Source: an uncultured Coriobacteriaceae bacterium
GTDB lineage: Bacteria; Actinomycetota; Coriobacteriia; Coriobacteriales; Atopobiaceae
Reading direction: 5' to 3'
DNA: 24,000 nucleotides
NCBI GenBank assembly: GCA_902801175.1
Contig: CADCHF010000011.1
Coordinates: 25,263-49,262, forward strand
How positions within the stretch are numbered: the stretch's first letter is position 1; the number at the start of each line of letters is the position of its first letter. A program made the position numbers and the translations under genes. The notes under the pieces were generated by a model. It saw nothing but the letters and a program-made list of their open reading frames with translations, was not told where the DNA came from and ran no database searches. Shown here in pieces: positions 8,738-16,016 of this stretch.

Positions 8738-8878
8738 TTACCTTCCCTTCGCTTGTAGCGCACCAAAGGAGGCGGCTTTGAGCACGCTTGCGACCTGCTC
8801 CTCGTCGTATTCCAGGGCATTGTTTGCCAGCAGGCTGGCATAGCCGTGTGTTGCAATAATATAGCGGCAACAGCGCTG
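8738..8878 (-). pseudogene. Possible remnant of the 3' end of a TetR-like (WHG-type C-terminal domain) regulator gene
   Basis: A 46-codon open frame with no start codon, bounded by TAG (8879-8881) and TAA (8738-8740). It reads ...RYIIATHGYASLLANNALEYDEEQVASVLKAASFGALQAKGR* with GC3-rich, coding-like codons. The HG.ASLL motif resembles TetR C-terminal domains. No HTH-encoding part lies upstream. Weak, memory-based similarity only. Confidence 0.3.
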
Positions 8879-9020
8879 CTATCAAGAGACGTTTGCGGGC
8901 TTTCCGTCATGGCGCTCGTCGCAGAACGTGCATTGTGCTTCTTCTCTTCTCGCTCGTGCGGCAACGCAGGCGCGCGGTATCATTAGTGCAACTAGTGACA
9001 CAGAGCACGCGGAGGCGCAC

Positions 9021-10535
9021 ATGAGCGAGTTCATGGACATCATCACTGCTAGCAACCTCACCTACGGCCAAAAGCTCATCCATCTGGCACAGGCCGCCGA
9101 GAACTGCGAGCACCCTATTCCCACCACGCCTGAGTTTGACTGGTTCTTTGAGCGTGACGCCATCTGCGACATGCACGAGGGCAACGCGCCCTACCGTCCG
9201 CGCTACATCTGCTGCGACATGGAGCGCTTTGCTCGCCAGGGTAGCGAGTTTTTGCGTCTTGACGCACCGGACAACCTCGATGACCTGCTCATGAACCTGC
9301 AGATCCTCTACCAAAACGTGCCATCCGTCACCGGGCGCCCGGTGTACGTGGGCCAGCTCGACCGTCTGTTTGACCCCTTCCTGGACGGTCTCTCGGACGA
9401 AGAGATCCTCCCGCGTTTCAAGCGTTTCCTCAACTACATTGACCGCACGGTGGCCAGCGGCTACTGCCATGCCAACCTTGGCCCCGAGGACACGCGCGCC
9501 GGCCGTCTGCTGCTGCAGGCAGACGCCGAGGTCCAGAACGCCGTCCCCAACTTTACGCTCAAGTACGAGGAGGGCATCACCCCCGACGACTTCGCGCGCC
9601 TTGCGCTCAAGACGTCCATGGCCTGCGCCAACCCCGCCTATGCCAACCACCGCATGCACAAGCACACCTACGCTGCCCCCGTTGACGGCCCGGCAGACGG
9701 CTACACGGTTGTCTCCTGCTACAACGTGCTGCCCATCCGCGGCGGCGCCTACTGCCTTGACCGCGTGAAGCTCTCGCAGCTGGCCGACCTTGCCACCTCG
9801 CCGGAGCACCTGCTCAACGAACTGCTCCCCAGCGCCACGGGCGCCCTGCTCGAGTACATGGACGCGCGCATCAAGTTCTTGGTCGAGGACTCCAACTTCT
9901 TCCAGACCTCGTTCCTGGCGCGCGAGGGCCTCATTGAGCGCGAGCGCTTTGTGGGCATGTTTGGCATGATCGGCATGCACGAGTGCATCGAGAAGCTGCT
10001 TGGTCCTGGGCACGTGTATGGCACCGACCCCGAGGCCAACGACCTTGCCGACCAGATCATGACCAAGATGACCGCGCAGGTGCAGGCCTGGAACGCTCCC
10101 TACTCCGAGATTGGCAACGGCCGCTACCTCATGCACGCACAGGCCGGCTTTGGCGACCAGACCTCTTCCACGCCCGGCGTGCGCATTCGCGTGGGCGACG
10201 AGCCCGAGGTCTTCTTTGACCATCTGCGCCACTGCGCTCGCATGCACCGCTTCTTTAAGGCGGGCGTGTCCGACATCTTCCCGGTGGAGCCCACGGCCGC
10301 GCAGAACGTGGACGCCCTGCTCGATGTTGTTAAGGGCGCCTTTGCCATTGACGACACCTACCTCTCGTTCTATCCCTCCGACTCCGACCTGGTTCGCATC
10401 ACGGGCTTCCTCGTGAAGCGTTCCGAAATGGAGAAGTTTGCCCGCGGCGAGGCCGTTCTTGCAGACACCAGCCACGACGGCGAGGGCAACTGGCGCGCCA
10501 ACAACCTGGCCGACCGCAAGGTCCGTCTGGGGTAA
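9021..10535 (+). CDS. yjjI: YjjI-family glycine radical enzyme (DUF3029), function unknown
   Basis: ORF 8928..10535, trimmed to ATG 9021 (GGAGG at 9011-9015). The 504-aa protein starts MSEFMDIITASNLTYGQKLIHLAQ. A C-terminal glycyl-radical fingerprint, DLVRITGFLVKR, has its Gly codon at 10404-10406 (residue 462). A dedicated activase gene follows immediately. Overall length and the N-terminal sequence match my recollection of E. coli YjjI. Confidence 0.88.
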   Translation: MSEFMDIITASNLTYGQKLIHLAQAAENCEHPIPTTPEFDWFFERDAICDMHEGNAPYRPRYICCDMERFARQGSEFLRLDAPDNLDDLLMNLQILYQNVPSVTGRPVYVGQLDRLFDPFLDGLSDEEILPRFKRFLNYIDRTVASGYCHANLGPEDTRAGRLLLQADAEVQNAVPNFTLKYEEGITPDDFARLALKTSMACANPAYANHRMHKHTYAAPVDGPADGYTVVSCYNVLPIRGGAYCLDRVKLSQLADLATSPEHLLNELLPSATGALLEYMDARIKFLVEDSNFFQTSFLAREGLIERERFVGMFGMIGMHECIEKLLGPGHVYGTDPEANDLADQIMTKMTAQVQAWNAPYSEIGNGRYLMHAQAGFGDQTSSTPGVRIRVGDEPEVFFDHLRHCARMHRFFKAGVSDIFPVEPTAAQNVDALLDVVKGAFAIDDTYLSFYPSDSDLVRITGFLVKRSEMEKFARGEAVLADTSHDGEGNWRANNLADRKVRLG

Positions 10536-10557
10536 GGCCCAACAGGTAACTTTTGCA

Positions 10558-10584
10558 GGGGACGGCCAGGGGGTGGTCGTCCCC
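10558..10584 (+). other. Stem-loop between the glycyl radical enzyme gene and the activase gene (possible partial terminator or attenuator)
   Basis: GGGGACG (10558-10564) pairs perfectly with CGTCCCC (10578-10584). TCTTCTTTAT follows. It lies 23 nt after the yjjI stop and ends 26 nt before the activase ATG. Confidence 0.3.
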
Positions 10585-10609
10585 TCTTCTTTATGGGGAG
10601 GGCATTCTC

Positions 10610-11449
10610 ATGGAGCTCTATGCACCGGTCAACAAGATGATTCCGTTTTCGCTGGTAGATGGACCGGGATCGAGGTGCTCGATCTTTCTGCAGGGCTGCA
10701 ACATTGCCTGCGCATACTGCCACAACCCCGAGACGCAAAACCTTTGTCTTGAGTGCGGCACCTGCGTTGATCAGTGCCCAGCAGGCGCCCTGTACTGGGA
10801 TGACGGGCACGTAAGGTGGAACAAGGACGCGTGCGTGCAGTGCGACACCTGCATCCACGTGTGTCCACACAAGGCCAGCCCCAAGATTGAATGGCTTACG
10901 CCTCGCGATGTGTTTGAGACCGTGCACTCGTACCAGCCCTTCATTCGCGGTATCACCGTGTCGGGCGGCGAGTGCATGCTGCGCGCCGATTGGATGCGTG
11001 AGCTGTTTGCCCTTTGTCGAGAGGCTGGCTTGGGGACGCTCATCGACAGCAACGGGTGTGTGCCCTTTGAGGGGCAAGACGAGCTGCTGAGCGTTGCGGA
11101 TGGCGTGATGCTCGACGTTAAGGCCTGGGACGAGGCGACCTTTGAGCATCTGACCAGCGGAGACGTGCGTGTGGTCAAGCGCAACCTGGCGCTACTTGCC
11201 GAGCGAGACAAAATCGAGGAGCTGCGCATAGTTGTTGTGCCCGGCTGGAACGACCCCGAGGCAACCATCGCGGGCATCGCTGAGGTGCTGGGTCAGAAGA
11301 CCGCCGCCACCAAGCTGAAGCTCATTCGCTTCCGCAGGTTTGGCGTGGTGGGAGAGCTGGCCGAAGCGGACTCCCCCACCGACGAGCGCATGGCCGAGCT
11401 CGAGAAGCTCGCGAGGAATGCCGGCTTTGAGCTGGTGGAACTCCGCTAG
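10610..11449 (+). CDS. yjjW: YjjW-family glycine radical enzyme activase (radical SAM)
   Basis: ORF 10553..11449, trimmed to ATG 10610 (GGGGAGGG RBS, 7-nt spacer). It has the N-terminal activase motif IPFSLVDGPGSRCSIFLQGCNIACAYCHNPE (CxxxCxxC). Two ferredoxin-type motifs are present: CLECGTCVDQCP and CVQCDTCIHVCP. The SAM-binding GITVSGGEC motif is also present. Confidence 0.9.
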   Translation: MELYAPVNKMIPFSLVDGPGSRCSIFLQGCNIACAYCHNPETQNLCLECGTCVDQCPAGALYWDDGHVRWNKDACVQCDTCIHVCPHKASPKIEWLTPRDVFETVHSYQPFIRGITVSGGECMLRADWMRELFALCREAGLGTLIDSNGCVPFEGQDELLSVADGVMLDVKAWDEATFEHLTSGDVRVVKRNLALLAERDKIEELRIVVVPGWNDPEATIAGIAEVLGQKTAATKLKLIRFRRFGVVGELAEADSPTDERMAELEKLARNAGFELVELR

Positions 11450-11464
11450 GTTCTTCGTGCTCGC

Positions 11465-11499
11465 GAGTGTGTCATGGGGACGAGTAATTTGAGGCACCC
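11465..11499 (+). repeat. Degenerate direct copy (28/35 identical) of the 35-bp repeat arm
   Basis: GAGTGTGTCATGGGGACGAGTAATTTGAGGCACCC compared with GGGTGTGTCACGGGGACGTATAATTTGACACACTC at 11534. Similarity continues roughly 25 nt further (ATCAAGCCGTAGGTTGATAGG versus AGTCAAGTCGTCAGGATAGATG). This makes a diverged tandem unit with a 69-nt period. Confidence 0.6.
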
Positions 11500-11533
11500 A
11501 TCAAGCCGTAGGTTGATAGGTGGACCTGCAAGG

Positions 11534-11664
11534 GGGTGTGTCACGGGGACGTATAATTTGACACACTCAGTCAAGTCGTCAGGATAGATGACCTTCGAGA
11601 GCGGCCGACATCAGAACGAGCGAGTTTCCGAGTGTGTCAAATTATACGTCCCCGTGACACACCC
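11534..11664. repeat. 131-bp palindromic element: perfect 35-bp inverted repeats flanking a 61-nt core
   Basis: The left arm at 11534-11568 is GGGTGTGTCACGGGGACGTATAATTTGACACACTC. The right arm at 11630-11664 is its exact reverse complement. Each arm is itself bounded by TGTGTCA...TGACACA. The element lies in the 300-bp gap between convergent yjjW and add. No ORF support: track ORF 11588..11773 runs through it and looks spurious. Confidence 0.8.
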
Positions 11665-11749
11665 ACTGGTGACTCCCGATTCATCCATCCCGATAGCTGA
11701 CTCCCCAACAGAGAATCGCGGTACTCCGCAAGAGACTGCAGCTCAGGAA

Positions 11750-12745
11750 TTACCCGCAGATGATGGTGCGTAGGCGTGCCTTGGCTGGCTCATCGGCAAA
11801 GCTCGCGTCCACCGCGTTTTGCAGCAGCTGCGTGACCTCGGCATCTCCTAGGCCAAGCTCGCTTGCCAGCAGCATGAGCTCCTGGCTAACCCAGGTGTTG
11901 GACACGGAGTTGTTGTCCGAGCACACAACCACCTTGCAGCCAGCCTTGAGCAGCGTGTCCACAGCACGCACGCCAACCTGGTCAAGTGCTCCGGTTTGCA
12001 GCTCAGAGGTGTAGCACACCTCAATGGGCACCTGTCGCTCGGCAAGCTCACGAACGAGGCCGGGATCCTCAACGGCCCTCACGCCATGGCCAATGCGGCT
12101 CGCGCCCATGGCAAGCGCGTCGCGCACGCTCTTCGGTCCGTCGGCCTCTCCGGCATGTATGGTAAACGGCACGCCAAGCTCACGGGCCCGCTCAAAGAGC
12201 GGAGCGAAGTCCGCCGTGGGAAAGAGCGCCTCGGCACCCGCAAGGTCTGCCGCCACTATCTCGTTGCCCAGATACTCGGCCGAAAGCTCTATCGTCTCGA
12301 GATTGGCCTCAAAGTTGTCTGCGCCGCGCATGCAGCACAGGATCAGCCGGGCCTCAAAGCTCGACCGCCTGAGGCCCCTGAGCGCAGCCTCGACCACCTC
12401 GCGCTGCGTAAGGCCCCGCTCGCGCAGCGACTGCGGAGCAAAGCGCAGCTCGGCGTACGCATAGCCGCGCTGCAGCAGCTCCTCTTGCAAGAGATAGATG
12501 TGCTCCTCGACCTGCTCGCGCGTTTGGATGAGCGAGAGCGGGAACACAAACTTGTCCAGGTACTCGTTAAGGTCCTCGCAGCTGTCCCCCACCGACAGGC
12601 GGTCAAAGACCTCCGCGTCGCTCACATCGAGCGGAATGCCGCCCAGCTCGGCCAGACGTCGGGCGGCAGGAACGCTGATGGAGCCATCGCTGTGAAGGTG
12701 CAGGTCAACAAGGCGCCCGCGTAGGCGCTCAAGACTTACCGTCAT
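11750..12745 (-). CDS. add: Adenosine deaminase
   Basis: A 331-aa ORF. It has the N-terminal metal-binding VDLHLHSDGS motif (HxH), FTIHAGEADGP (the HAGE motif) and VVCSDNNSVSNT (the C-terminal Asp motif of the Gram-positive Add type). Its ATG is 3 nt after the deoC stop. Confidence 0.85.
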   Translation of the reverse strand: MTVSLERLRGRLVDLHLHSDGSISVPAARRLAELGGIPLDVSDAEVFDRLSVGDSCEDLNEYLDKFVFPLSLIQTREQVEEHIYLLQEELLQRGYAYAELRFAPQSLRERGLTQREVVEAALRGLRRSSFEARLILCCMRGADNFEANLETIELSAEYLGNEIVAADLAGAEALFPTADFAPLFERARELGVPFTIHAGEADGPKSVRDALAMGASRIGHGVRAVEDPGLVRELAERQVPIEVCYTSELQTGALDQVGVRAVDTLLKAGCKVVVCSDNNSVSNTWVSQELMLLASELGLGDAEVTQLLQNAVDASFADEPAKARLRTIICG

Positions 12746-12748
12746 GCC

Positions 12749-13390
12749 CTACCCCTCGATGATGGCGATGCTGGCACTCGTGCCCAGCCTGTCGGCGCCT
12801 GCGGCAACCATGGCCTCGGCCTCGGCACGGGCGTGCATGCCACCTGCGGCCTTGACCTTGCAGCGGTCGCCCACGGTCTGGCGCATGAGCTCCACATCGT
12901 GCACCGTGGCACCACCGGTCGAGAATCCCGTGCTCGTCTTGACAAAGTCCGCCCCAGCGGCAACGGAGCACTCGCACGCGCGCACGATCTCTTCGTCGGT
13001 AAGCAGGCAGCACTCCAAAATGACCTTCACCTTTGCGTCACCCGCAGCTTCGACCACTGCAGCAATGTCGCGCGTGCAGAACTCGTCATCGCCATCCTTA
13101 AGGCGCCCCACGTTGATGACCATGTCAATCTCGGTGGCACCGTCGGCCACAGCCTGAGCCGTCTCGGCAGCCTTGGCCAGCGTGGAGCAGGCCCCCAGGG
13201 GGAAGCCCACCACGGTGGTCACGCCCACGCCCCAGCCGGCCACAAGGGCTGCCGCGAGTGAGGTCCAACTGGAGTTAACGCACACGGTGGCAAACCTGTG
13301 CTCGCGGGCCTCGTCGCAGAGGCGCTCGATGTCTGCACGACGTGCATCCTGCTTGAGGTTGGTGTGGTCGATGATGGCGCTCAGCTGCAT
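12749..13390 (-). CDS. deoC: Deoxyribose-phosphate aldolase
   Basis: ORF 12749..13585, trimmed to ATG 13390 (AAGGAGAAACC upstream). The 213-aa protein reads [16 protein letters not shown]...ATVCVN...VVGFPLGA...IDMVINVG...VKVILE...[10 protein letters not shown] (Schiff-base Lys)...KVKAAGG. This is the classic class I DeoC pattern. Confidence 0.92.
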   Translation of the reverse strand: MQLSAIIDHTNLKQDARRADIERLCDEAREHRFATVCVNSSWTSLAAALVAGWGVGVTTVVGFPLGACSTLAKAAETAQAVADGATEIDMVINVGRLKDGDDEFCTRDIAAVVEAAGDAKVKVILECCLLTDEEIVRACECSVAAGADFVKTSTGFSTGGATVHDVELMRQTVGDRCKVKAAGGMHARAEAEAMVAAGADRLGTSASIAIIEG

Positions 13391-13535
13391 GGTTTCTCCT
13401 TTGAATGTTAGAAAAGCTATTGGCAAAGAGTATACCGCCCGCCACGTACAGAAAACCACCGGCATGCCTTGGACGGACCGAGGCCCCAACCAATAGAATG
13501 GCTGGTGAATCCAAGCGGACCCAAGGAGCACAGCC

Positions 13536-14315
13536 ATGAGGCAGTACGTTGTTGACGCATTCACCGACCAGGTCTTTAGCGGCAATCAGGCCGCCGTATG
13601 CGTGATGGAAGCCTGGCCAAACGAGCGCCTCATGATGGCCATCGCACGCGAGAACAACTTCTCAGAGACAGCCTTTACCGTGCGCGAACCCGACGGCAGC
13701 TATCGCCTTAGGTGGTTTACCCCCACGAGCGAGGTGGACCTCTGCGGTCATGCGACGCTCGCCACCTCGTATGTGCTGTTCAACTTCTATGAGCAAGATG
13801 CCAGCACGATCTGCTTCCACACCACCTCGAGCGGCGACCTCTTTATTGGCAGGCGCGGCGACCTCATACAGATGGACTTCCCCGCCTATAAGCTGCACGA
13901 GGTGCCCGTGACCAGCGCCATGGAAGAGGCGACTGGCGCGAGGCCAAGCGCCGCCTACCTCGACCGCGACCTGCTGCTTGTGTACGACAGCGAGGGCATC
14001 GTGCGAAACATGCACCCAAGCCCCGAGAGCATCGAGCAGCTTGCGGGCATGGGCGTGGCCGTAACGGCACCCGGTACCTCGCATGACTGCGTGTCTCGCT
14101 TCTTTGTCCCCAAGATCGGCGTTGCCGAGGACCCCGTCACCGGGTCGGTGCACTGCATGATCGGCCCCTATTGGGGAGGGCGCCTTAGCAAGTCGTCCAT
14201 CAGCGCCTACCAGGCGTCCGAGCGTGGCGGGGAGATGCTGCTCGAACTCAAGGGGGACCGTGTGCTCATCCTAGGCAAGGCCGCGCTCTTCTCAAAGGCC
14301 GAGCTCAACCTGTAG
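13536..14315 (+). CDS. PhzF family isomerase (phenazine biosynthesis-like protein)
   Basis: A 259-aa ORF with an AAGGAG RBS. The protein reads [23 protein letters not shown]...[13 protein letters not shown]...[19 protein letters not shown]...[16 protein letters not shown]. These are diagnostic PhzF/YddE family blocks. Confidence 0.85.
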   Translation: MRQYVVDAFTDQVFSGNQAAVCVMEAWPNERLMMAIARENNFSETAFTVREPDGSYRLRWFTPTSEVDLCGHATLATSYVLFNFYEQDASTICFHTTSSGDLFIGRRGDLIQMDFPAYKLHEVPVTSAMEEATGARPSAAYLDRDLLLVYDSEGIVRNMHPSPESIEQLAGMGVAVTAPGTSHDCVSRFFVPKIGVAEDPVTGSVHCMIGPYWGGRLSKSSISAYQASERGGEMLLELKGDRVLILGKAALFSKAELNL

Positions 14316-14338
14316 CGCCTGCCCGCTCCCCGTGCCTC

Positions 14339-15784
14339 TCAGCCGTTGCTGCCATCGACAACGCGCGTGCGTGAGAGCTCCATTTGCATGATTGCGTTGC
14401 ACAGTGCGGAATGGCGAATCTCAAAGTGAATCTTTGGCTCGTTGAGCTTAGATATGACCATGAGGTTGTCGCCATAGTAGACGATTCGCAGGTTCTTGAA
14501 CACCTCGGCGCACATGACCTCTCCCTCTCCCTCACTGTCCCTGCGCCTCTGCTCGCGCTCAAAGCGCTCAAAGCTCACGGGCTCGTCCACGCGGTAGATT
14601 CGCATGAGTGGCGCGGCATGCTCAAGCAGGTGCTTTGCACGGCGCATCCCATAGCTCACTTCCTCTGGCTTGGTCGTAAAGTAGTAGCGACCGTCGTTAT
14701 GACTGCCCCTCACGCACTCGGCCTCGAGCATGGCAACGTTGGAGGCGTTAATGAGGTGGCAGAACAGGCTCTCGGGCTCGTTGCGCAGGTAGTAGGCCGA
14801 AATCTGTCCAGTCATATAGAGCGGAATGTAGGCCTCGAGCCCCATCATCATCTCTTTGAAGGGGCGCGTGACGTCATGGATCACGTTTAGGTGCACCCCG
14901 CGCTTGAGCAATGCGGCCAGGTAATGGATGTAGCGGCGCATAAAGTCTCGATCGGCACCAAGCTCAAAGATGGGCATGGTAGAGCAGAGCGTCATCTCGT
15001 GCACGTCGGGCGACGTGGCCACCGTGCGAAGGAAATCCAGCTCGGCCTCGCGCATGTCCTCAATGCCGTAGTAGAAGTGCCCCAGCGTCTCAACAGCAGG
15101 CTCGTCGGGCAACTCAACCTCGTCGTCCTGCGAGTTCTTGATATAGGCATTGAAATCGAAGCCATCCAGATAGCTCAGCACGTGCTCGGCGCCAGAATCT
15201 TCGCGCATGCCATCCTGCCTGAGCAGCCAAGTGCTCAGCGCATAGGTCGCGGCCTGCTCGTCGCCCTGTTGCAGTGCCGTCTCCAAAGCCGCAAGGTCGC
15301 CATTGCGCAAAGGTAGCCCATCGCTGTTTCCTCGAACAATCAGTCGATGCGCCAAATAGCTCGCGAACAGGTCTGCATAAAAGACCAGGGCGTTTGGGTT
15401 GCGCTGCCCGCGACGAATGCGCGAGAGGTACGAAGGGTCAACGTTGGTGGACCGCGCCATCTCGGCATTTGTGACCGAAAGCGCGTCCATGAGCTCGTCC
15501 AGTTTGAGGCTGAATGACAGGTCTGGCGTCGTCATGAGGCCAGCAGCACGAGAAAGCCGCTCTACGACTTCTTGCTCGCTCGTGGCACCATAGACATCCC
15601 GCTCGGTCGCAAGCTGTGAGATGCCCGAAGCCAGACTCGGGATCACCCTAAAGTCCACAGGCACACGCGCCCCGCTGCGATAGCGGCTCAAGGTGCTTGG
15701 GTCAAAGCCACAGGCGCTCGCCAGCTCCATATTGCTGCAGCCAAGGGCGGTGCAGTAGCGATTGAGCTCTGAGGAAAAGTTCAT
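14339..15784 (-). CDS. Transcriptional regulator with two tandem XRE-type HTH modules and a roughly 330-aa uncharacterised C-terminal domain
   Basis: A 481-aa ORF with an AAGGAGGACAC RBS before the ATG. Module 1 is LNRYCTALGCSNMELASACGFDPSTLSRYRSGARVP. Module 2 is LDELMDALSVTNAEMARSTNVDPSYLSRIRRGQRNP. I did not recognise a family for the C-terminal two thirds. Confidence 0.75.
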   Translation of the reverse strand: MNFSSELNRYCTALGCSNMELASACGFDPSTLSRYRSGARVPVDFRVIPSLASGISQLATERDVYGATSEQEVVERLSRAAGLMTTPDLSFSLKLDELMDALSVTNAEMARSTNVDPSYLSRIRRGQRNPNALVFYADLFASYLAHRLIVRGNSDGLPLRNGDLAALETALQQGDEQAATYALSTWLLRQDGMREDSGAEHVLSYLDGFDFNAYIKNSQDDEVELPDEPAVETLGHFYYGIEDMREAELDFLRTVATSPDVHEMTLCSTMPIFELGADRDFMRRYIHYLAALLKRGVHLNVIHDVTRPFKEMMMGLEAYIPLYMTGQISAYYLRNEPESLFCHLINASNVAMLEAECVRGSHNDGRYYFTTKPEEVSYGMRRAKHLLEHAAPLMRIYRVDEPVSFERFEREQRRRDSEGEGEVMCAEVFKNLRIVYYGDNLMVISKLNEPKIHFEIRHSALCNAIMQMELSRTRVVDGSNG

Positions 15785-15874
15785 GTGTCCTCCTTGCCGG
15801 GACAGGGACTCTCACTCTAACCGAAAGCGCTCATGTGTTTGCGAGCATTCCAATACCGTCAACATCGGATTCCT

Positions 15875-15899
15875 AGAAAAAGCGGCTGGAAGACAGCCG
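15875..15899 (-). terminator. Weak candidate stem-loop terminator
   Basis: CGGCTG (15883-15888) pairs with CAGCCG (15894-15899) around a 5-nt loop. CTTTTTCT follows on the minus strand. The stem is short. Confidence 0.3.
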
Positions 15900-15941
15900 G
15901 GTATCTGGCGCTTGAAAGCCAATGGCACCTTTTGACGCCCC

Positions 15942-15981
15942 ACCAAATGAAAAGGGCGGCCTGGTTTTCCAAGCCGCCCTT
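15942..15981 (-). terminator. Rho-independent terminator after the 47-codon ORF
   Basis: AAGGGCGGC (15952-15960) pairs with GCCGCCCTT (15973-15981) around a 12-nt loop. TTTTCATTT follows on the minus strand. It lies 36 nt after the ORF stop at 16017. Confidence 0.6.
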
Positions 15982-16016
15982 GCAATCTCTTGCAAGTATT
16001 GAATCTGCTACAAGTA

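Noticed and set aside
11465-11664. Repeats as a small CRISPR array
   Set aside because: There are only three copies. One is inverted and one is 20 percent diverged. The spacing is irregular (69 and 61 nt, with similarity extending into the 'spacers'), and no cas genes are nearby.
11588-11773. 61-aa + strand ORF MTFESGRHQNERVSE...
   Set aside because: It starts inside the loop of the palindromic element, runs through a repeat arm and into the antisense of the add 3' end. It has no RBS and no coding-like codon bias.
13391-13535. Promoter calls in the deoC / phzF divergent region (TTGGAC...TAGAAT on +, TATACT on -)
   Set aside because: Hexamers resembling -10 boxes are present, but the spacings (18-19 nt) and -35 matches are poor. 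Without transcript-start data these calls are not supportable.
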